64,000 bases of DNA from positions 768,001 through 832,000 of the forward strand of contig OZ243961.1 of NCBI GenBank assembly GCA_965214605.1, given 5' to 3'. Below, in pieces: positions 59,405 to 64,000 of this stretch. Source of the stretch: an uncultured Candidatus Binatia bacterium (GTDB taxonomy: Bacteria; Desulfobacterota; Binatia; Bin18). Under the pieces are notes generated by a model. That model did not search any database. It was given only the letters and a program-made list of their open reading frames with translations, and was not told the origin of the DNA. The translations under genes were made by a program, and so were the position numbers. Numbering within the stretch: the stretch's first letter is position 1; every line of letters starts with the position of its first letter.

Positions 59405-60334
59405 ATGGGCGGTACAAAAATTGGCATTGGCTTTGGGCTCTGGGAACTCGGCATGCCAGACCCGGATACAGTCTTCAACTACGCGGTCAGCGCCGAAGAG
59501 GTTGGCATTGATTCGATCTGGCTATCCGATCATGTGGTATCGCGAAACCCCTCGCTTGATACCAGCTGTGTGATGGCGGCCTGGTCGGCCAGAACCAAGA
59601 AGATAAAAATGGGCCCGAGCGTCCTCACCCTCCCCGCCCGTGATCCTGTCCAGGTGGCCAAAACCTATGCCACCCTGGACTATCTCTCGGGCGGCAAGAA
59701 CCGGGTCATCATGGCGGTTGGGATCGGCGCTAACCCCAAGGATTGTCTGGCCAGCGGTATTGATCCGTCCGAACGCGCAAGACGTATGGAAGAAGGCGTG
59801 CAGATCATGCGCAAGCTGTGGGCAGAGCCGCACGTCAGTTTTGAGGGACAGTATTATCAGTTCGAAGATGTCACCATCGAACCCCGCCCCCAAAAAGGCG
59901 CGCTCGATGTGTGGATTGGCGGCAAGACCGATCAGGCCTTGAAACGCACCGCCCGCTACGGTGACGGCTGGTTTCCCTCATTCATCAGCCCGGACGAATT
60001 CCGTACCAGTATGGATAAGCTGCAAGCTTACGGCGACCGGTACGGACGTGAGATTGACCCTCGTGAGGCGGGGGTGCTGATTCTGACCTGCACCGATACA
60101 AACCGCAAACGTGCCCAGGATATTGCCGGTCGGTTTCTCCAGGGCTTCCCCCTGCCCCAGGAAGCTCTGGTCGCCCGGTGCGCGATTGGTACGCCGGAAG
60201 AATGTATTGACAAGGTACAGTCTTACGTCGATGTCGGCTGCTCTAAGTTTGTCCTGTGGCCGATCGTGCCGCCAGACGAACTCATTCCCCAGATCGAGCT
60301 ATACGGGAGAGCGGTTATTCCACACTTTGAGTAG
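59405..60334 (+). CDS. LLM class flavin/F420-dependent oxidoreductase
   Basis: GIDSIWLSDH, RDPVQVAK..ATLD, VWIGG..ALKRTARYGDGW and GTPEEC motifs. Confidence 0.92.
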   Translation: MGGTKIGIGFGLWELGMPDPDTVFNYAVSAEEVGIDSIWLSDHVVSRNPSLDTSCVMAAWSARTKKIKMGPSVLTLPARDPVQVAKTYATLDYLSGGKNRVIMAVGIGANPKDCLASGIDPSERARRMEEGVQIMRKLWAEPHVSFEGQYYQFEDVTIEPRPQKGALDVWIGGKTDQALKRTARYGDGWFPSFISPDEFRTSMDKLQAYGDRYGREIDPREAGVLILTCTDTNRKRAQDIAGRFLQGFPLPQEALVARCAIGTPEECIDKVQSYVDVGCSKFVLWPIVPPDELIPQIELYGRAVIPHFE

Positions 60335-60430
60335 CGTGTACGGATACCCTAGACGGTGTTCGGACGTGTCGGGCAGGCTGCGGCTTTGGTTTGCTTCTGA
60401 TCTGTCCTTATTCAGAAAGACATCCCCATC

Positions 60431-62035
60431 ATGGACCGCATTGAAAGTAAAATTCGAACAAGCAGTCCTGAGTTTCAGGCCAATCTGGAACATATGGCCA
60501 GCTTGGCGGCGGAACTCAAAGAGCGGCTCGGTCAAGCCAGGCATGGCGGCTCAGAAGCGTCCCGCCAGCGCCACAAAGCACGCGGGAAACTCTTGGCTCG
60601 CGAGCGTATTGAGGCGCTGGTTGATCCGGACAGCCCCCTGCTCGAACTCTCACCGCTGGCCGCATACGGGATGTACGACGATCCGCCGTCGGCCGGGATT
60701 GCCACCGCAATTGGTCTGATCCAGGGCCGAGAAGCCATGATTGTCTCAAACGACGCCACGGTGAAAGGCGGCACGTATTATCCGATAAGCGTGAAAAAAC
60801 ATCTGCGGGCGCAAGAAATTGCGCAAGAAAACCGTCTGCCGTGCGTCTACCTAGTCGACTCTGGCGGAGCGAATCTGCCCTTTCAGGCCGATATTTTCCC
60901 CGACCGTGATCACTTTGGGCGCATCTTTTACAATGAAGCCCGTATGTCGGCCCAAGGCATCCCACAAATTGCCGTTGTGATGGGTTCGTGCACGGCCGGC
61001 GGGGCGTATGTGCCAGCCATGGCCGATGAAAATATCATTGTCAAAAACCGGGGAACCATCTTTCTGGGCGGGCCACCGTTGGTCAAGGCGGCGACCGGCG
61101 AAGAAGTGTCGGCCGAGGAACTGGGTGGCGGCGACGTCCATACCCGTATCTCGGGGGTGTCTGATCATCTCGCCGAGGACGATGAGGATGCTTTGGCCAT
61201 AACCCGCTCAATTTTTGAGAATTTCCCTCGCCCCCAAAAGTTTTCGCTCGACCGCGAAGCCCCCGAAGACCCGGCCTATGATCCGGCCGAACTGTACGGA
61301 GTCATTCCCCACGACACTCGAGTTCCGTACGATGTGCACGAGGTTATTGCCCGTCTGGTTGACGGCAGCCGCCTGCACGAATTTAAGCCCCGCTACAGCC
61401 AAACCATCGTGACCGGCTTCGCCCGTATTCATGGCTATCTGGTTGGCATTGTAGCGAATAATGGGGTGCTGTTCTCAGAGTCCGCGCTCAAGGCCACCCA
61501 TTTCATCGAGATGTGCAGCCAGCGCAAGGTGCCGCTGCTCTTCCTGCAAAACATTACCGGCTTCATGGTCGGTAAAAAATATGAACAGGGCGGGATTGCC
61601 AAAGACGGGGCCAAGATGGTGCACGCGGTTGCCAACGCCCAGGTCCCAAAGTTTACCGTGATCATCGGCGCATCAAACGGAGCGGGGAACTACGGCATGT
61701 GTGGCCGCGCCTATTCACCTCGTCTGCTCTTTATGTGGCCCAACTCGCGTATCTCGGTGATGGGCGGCGAGCAAGCGGCAGGCGTGCTGCTGACGGTCAA
61801 GCTGCAACAGCTGGCGGCAAAAGGCGAGACGATGACCTCACAAGAACAGCAGGCCTTTAGTGCTCCGACCCTGGCCAAATACGACCAAGAGGGCAGTCCC
61901 TACTATTCGACCGCCCGCTTATGGGACGATGGCATTCTGGATCCGCAAGACACCCGTACTGTGCTCGGACTGAGTATTGCCATGTCGCTGAACGCCCCCA
62001 TTCCCGACCATCAGGTTGGCGTGTTTCGGATGTAA
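60431..62035 (+). CDS. Acyl-CoA carboxylase beta (carboxyltransferase) subunit, methylcrotonyl-CoA carboxylase-like
   Basis: [47 protein letters not shown] and TARLWDDG motifs. Confidence 0.93.
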   Translation: MDRIESKIRTSSPEFQANLEHMASLAAELKERLGQARHGGSEASRQRHKARGKLLARERIEALVDPDSPLLELSPLAAYGMYDDPPSAGIATAIGLIQGREAMIVSNDATVKGGTYYPISVKKHLRAQEIAQENRLPCVYLVDSGGANLPFQADIFPDRDHFGRIFYNEARMSAQGIPQIAVVMGSCTAGGAYVPAMADENIIVKNRGTIFLGGPPLVKAATGEEVSAEELGGGDVHTRISGVSDHLAEDDEDALAITRSIFENFPRPQKFSLDREAPEDPAYDPAELYGVIPHDTRVPYDVHEVIARLVDGSRLHEFKPRYSQTIVTGFARIHGYLVGIVANNGVLFSESALKATHFIEMCSQRKVPLLFLQNITGFMVGKKYEQGGIAKDGAKMVHAVANAQVPKFTVIIGASNGAGNYGMCGRAYSPRLLFMWPNSRISVMGGEQAAGVLLTVKLQQLAAKGETMTSQEQQAFSAPTLAKYDQEGSPYYSTARLWDDGILDPQDTRTVLGLSIAMSLNAPIPDHQVGVFRM

Positions 62036-62074
62036 GACCCTAAGAAATTATACGAGAAGGAGTAGAATGGCTCG

Positions 62075-62713
62075 ATGAGTAATCCGCGTGTGACCTCACT
62101 CAAAGATCCCCCCCCGCCAAAAGCCGCGGTCGAGCACAAGCTTCACCGCTCCTCCGCCCGTCTCGAAGATATCGTTCGACACATTCTCGAATATATGGGC
62201 GAAGATCCTGATCGGGAAGGGCTGGCCAAAACACCCTACCGGGTTGCCCGCTCTTTTGAATACCTGGCCAAGGGCTACGCCCAAGACCCCAGAGCGGTCA
62301 TTGGTCAGGCGATCTTCACCGAAGAAGATTACCAAGAAATGGTCCTAGTCAGGGACATTGATTTCTACTCGCTTTGCGAGCACCATATCCTGCCCTTTTT
62401 CGGTCGCGCTAACGTGGCCTATATTCCGAAACACCATATAGTCGGGCTCAGTAAAATCCCGCGTCTGGTTGAGGTCTTCTCCCGTCGCTTGCAGGTTCAG
62501 GAGCGCTTGACGACCCAGATCGCCAACACGATTATGGAAGAGCTCGACCCCTTAGGGGTAGGCGTGATTATCCGCGCCGAACATCTCTGTATGCGGATGC
62601 GCGGAGTCGAGAAACAAAACTCCATTGTCACCACCAGCGCCATGCTGGGATCCTTCCGCAGTCAGCAGGCGACCCGCGAAGAGTTCATCACTCTGGTTAA
62701 TGGTCAACGCTGA
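62075..62713 (+). CDS. folE: GTP cyclohydrolase I
   Basis: [41 protein letters not shown] and HLCMRMRG motifs. Confidence 0.96.
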   Translation: MSNPRVTSLKDPPPPKAAVEHKLHRSSARLEDIVRHILEYMGEDPDREGLAKTPYRVARSFEYLAKGYAQDPRAVIGQAIFTEEDYQEMVLVRDIDFYSLCEHHILPFFGRANVAYIPKHHIVGLSKIPRLVEVFSRRLQVQERLTTQIANTIMEELDPLGVGVIIRAEHLCMRMRGVEKQNSIVTTSAMLGSFRSQQATREEFITLVNGQR

Positions 62714-64000
62714 GGTAAATAGTCTGCGGCAAACACCCCGGTCGTTTGCTGTAGGCGTAGCAGGGCGATCTGATAGGCATAGGTCTGGTCAGTGAGCTGG
62801 GTTCGCACCTGATTCAGGGCGTTGAGGGCGGTATTGAGGTCAAGGCTAGTTGCCAGGCCAACGCGGTATTGTTTTGACGTAATGGTGTAGTTTTCCTGAG
62901 CCAGATTGACCTCTTTTTCCAGCGTGTTGAGCGTCGAGCCGAGCGTTTCAACGGTCAGCAGGGCGTCTCTGACCTCGACCTGAATTTCCTTGCGAAACTG
63001 CTCGACGCGCAACCGGACCTGGGAGAGGTTTTCATTTTCTTCTATCAAATCCAACTCCCGCACCCCACCATCAAACAGAGGGATCTCAAAGTTCAGAAAC
63101 AGAGTCCAGAATTTGTCCCGCTCAGCAAAGGTTTCGGCGTCGAGCCGGGGGAACTCCCAGCGTGCGTTCACCCGTGGAGCATAGCGGGCAATAACCAAAT
63201 TTTTTCGCTGCTGGGCAACCTCCACCATGAGTTCCTGGGCACGCAAATCCTGGCGCTGACTATACGCCTGTTCTAACAGCTGGTCGTACGGCACCGGACT
63301 ATAGGCAACGGGCTCAGGCTGCAGCACACCGAGCGGTTCAGGCACGCCGATCGTTCTGGCCAGAGTCGTGAAGGCTAGCCGCAAACGGTTTTGGTCCGTC
63401 ACCAACTGCCGCCGCGCTTGCTCGACTGCAACCTCGGCACGCAACACATCGGTCTTGGTGACCTCACCAACCCGGAACCGGACCTGGGCTTGACGAAGTT
63501 CGTCTTGGCTCAGGCCTAAGGTATCTCTGGCGATAAGCACCTGGGCCTGTGAACGCAGCACGCCGTAATAAGCGCGGGCAACGCCGAACAACACCTCCCG
63601 GATGGTGAACTCATAGCGTTCGACACTCTCTCGGATGGCTGTTTTTCCCAACTGACGCGTGGCAAAAAAAGCAGGCTCCAGTATGGGCTGCGTGATCCGA
63701 AAAATCCCCGTCCAGCGATCAAGCGGACGAATAACAGAACCGGTCGAAAAGAGACTTTCGGATCCGGGCGGAAGCCCGCTGTCACTGACAAACGATATCT
63801 CGTCTTTATTGCGGGTATAGGTCCCCTGAATATCACTTCGCGGGGTGAGCTTGGTGATGGCCCGCCACGGCAACAGGCGAGCTTTGCCCAGTTCGTGACT
63901 GGCAATCTTGATCCGCTCCTCATTCTTTATGGCTAAACGATACGCTTCGGCCAGGGGAATACTCGGGCCTTGGCCAAGGTCGGGAGCTGGGTCTGTGACG
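62704..64000 (-). CDS. TolC family outer membrane efflux protein, 5' end outside the window
   Basis: Frame is open to the window edge (..[11 protein letters not shown]..), with [25 protein letters not shown] and YRVGLAT.LDL motifs. Confidence 0.9.
   Translation of the reverse strand, partial: VTDPAPDLGQGPSIPLAEAYRLAIKNEERIKIASHELGKARLLPWRAITKLTPRSDIQGTYTRNKDEISFVSDSGLPPGSESLFSTGSVIRPLDRWTGIFRITQPILEPAFFATRQLGKTAIRESVERYEFTIREVLFGVARAYYGVLRSQAQVLIARDTLGLSQDELRQAQVRFRVGEVTKTDVLRAEVAVEQARRQLVTDQNRLRLAFTTLARTIGVPEPLGVLQPEPVAYSPVPYDQLLEQAYSQRQDLRAQELMVEVAQQRKNLVIARYAPRVNARWEFPRLDAETFAERDKFWTLFLNFEIPLFDGGVRELDLIEENENLSQVRLRVEQFRKEIQVEVRDALLTVETLGSTLNTLEKEVNLAQENYTITSKQYRVGLATSLDLNTALNALNQVRTQLTDQTYAYQIALLRLQQTTGVFAADYLPQR

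Overview
GC-rich (roughly 60% by eye) bacterial chromosomal segment with about 55 genes and no integrase, transposase, CRISPR array or rRNA that I can see. It is dominated by paralogous catabolic and redox families: 7 luciferase-like monooxygenase (LLM) genes (one decayed), 6 short-chain dehydrogenases (SDRs; one decayed, one catalytically atypical), 4 family-III CoA-transferases (including a BbsEF-like pair) and 2 acyl-CoA dehydrogenases. It also carries a PPOX-fold protein, a Baeyer-Villiger monooxygenase, an amidase, a thiolase and a PrpD-family enzyme. Housekeeping loci are interspersed: maf-yggS-proC-yggT-yggU, tRNA-Val(CAC), thiC with a TPP riboswitch and sigma70 promoter, RNase II/R, asnS, folE and TolC. 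TolC indicates a diderm cell; the paralog profile resembles Binatia/Tectomicrobia-type uncultured lineages (inference only). The most notable points are an orphan PptH-like (Rv2795c) phosphopantetheinyl hydrolase, a 1-nt frameshift that removes the catalytic His of oligopeptidase B, several pseudogenes suggesting ongoing genome erosion, an SDR lacking catalytic Ser/Tyr, REP-like palindromes flanking an LLM gene, a 26-bp direct repeat, an LLM-PrpD-LLM operon and two long unexplained intergenic regions. I found no unambiguous novel system; candidates are ranked below. All family assignments come from motifs recognised by eye, not from database searches.
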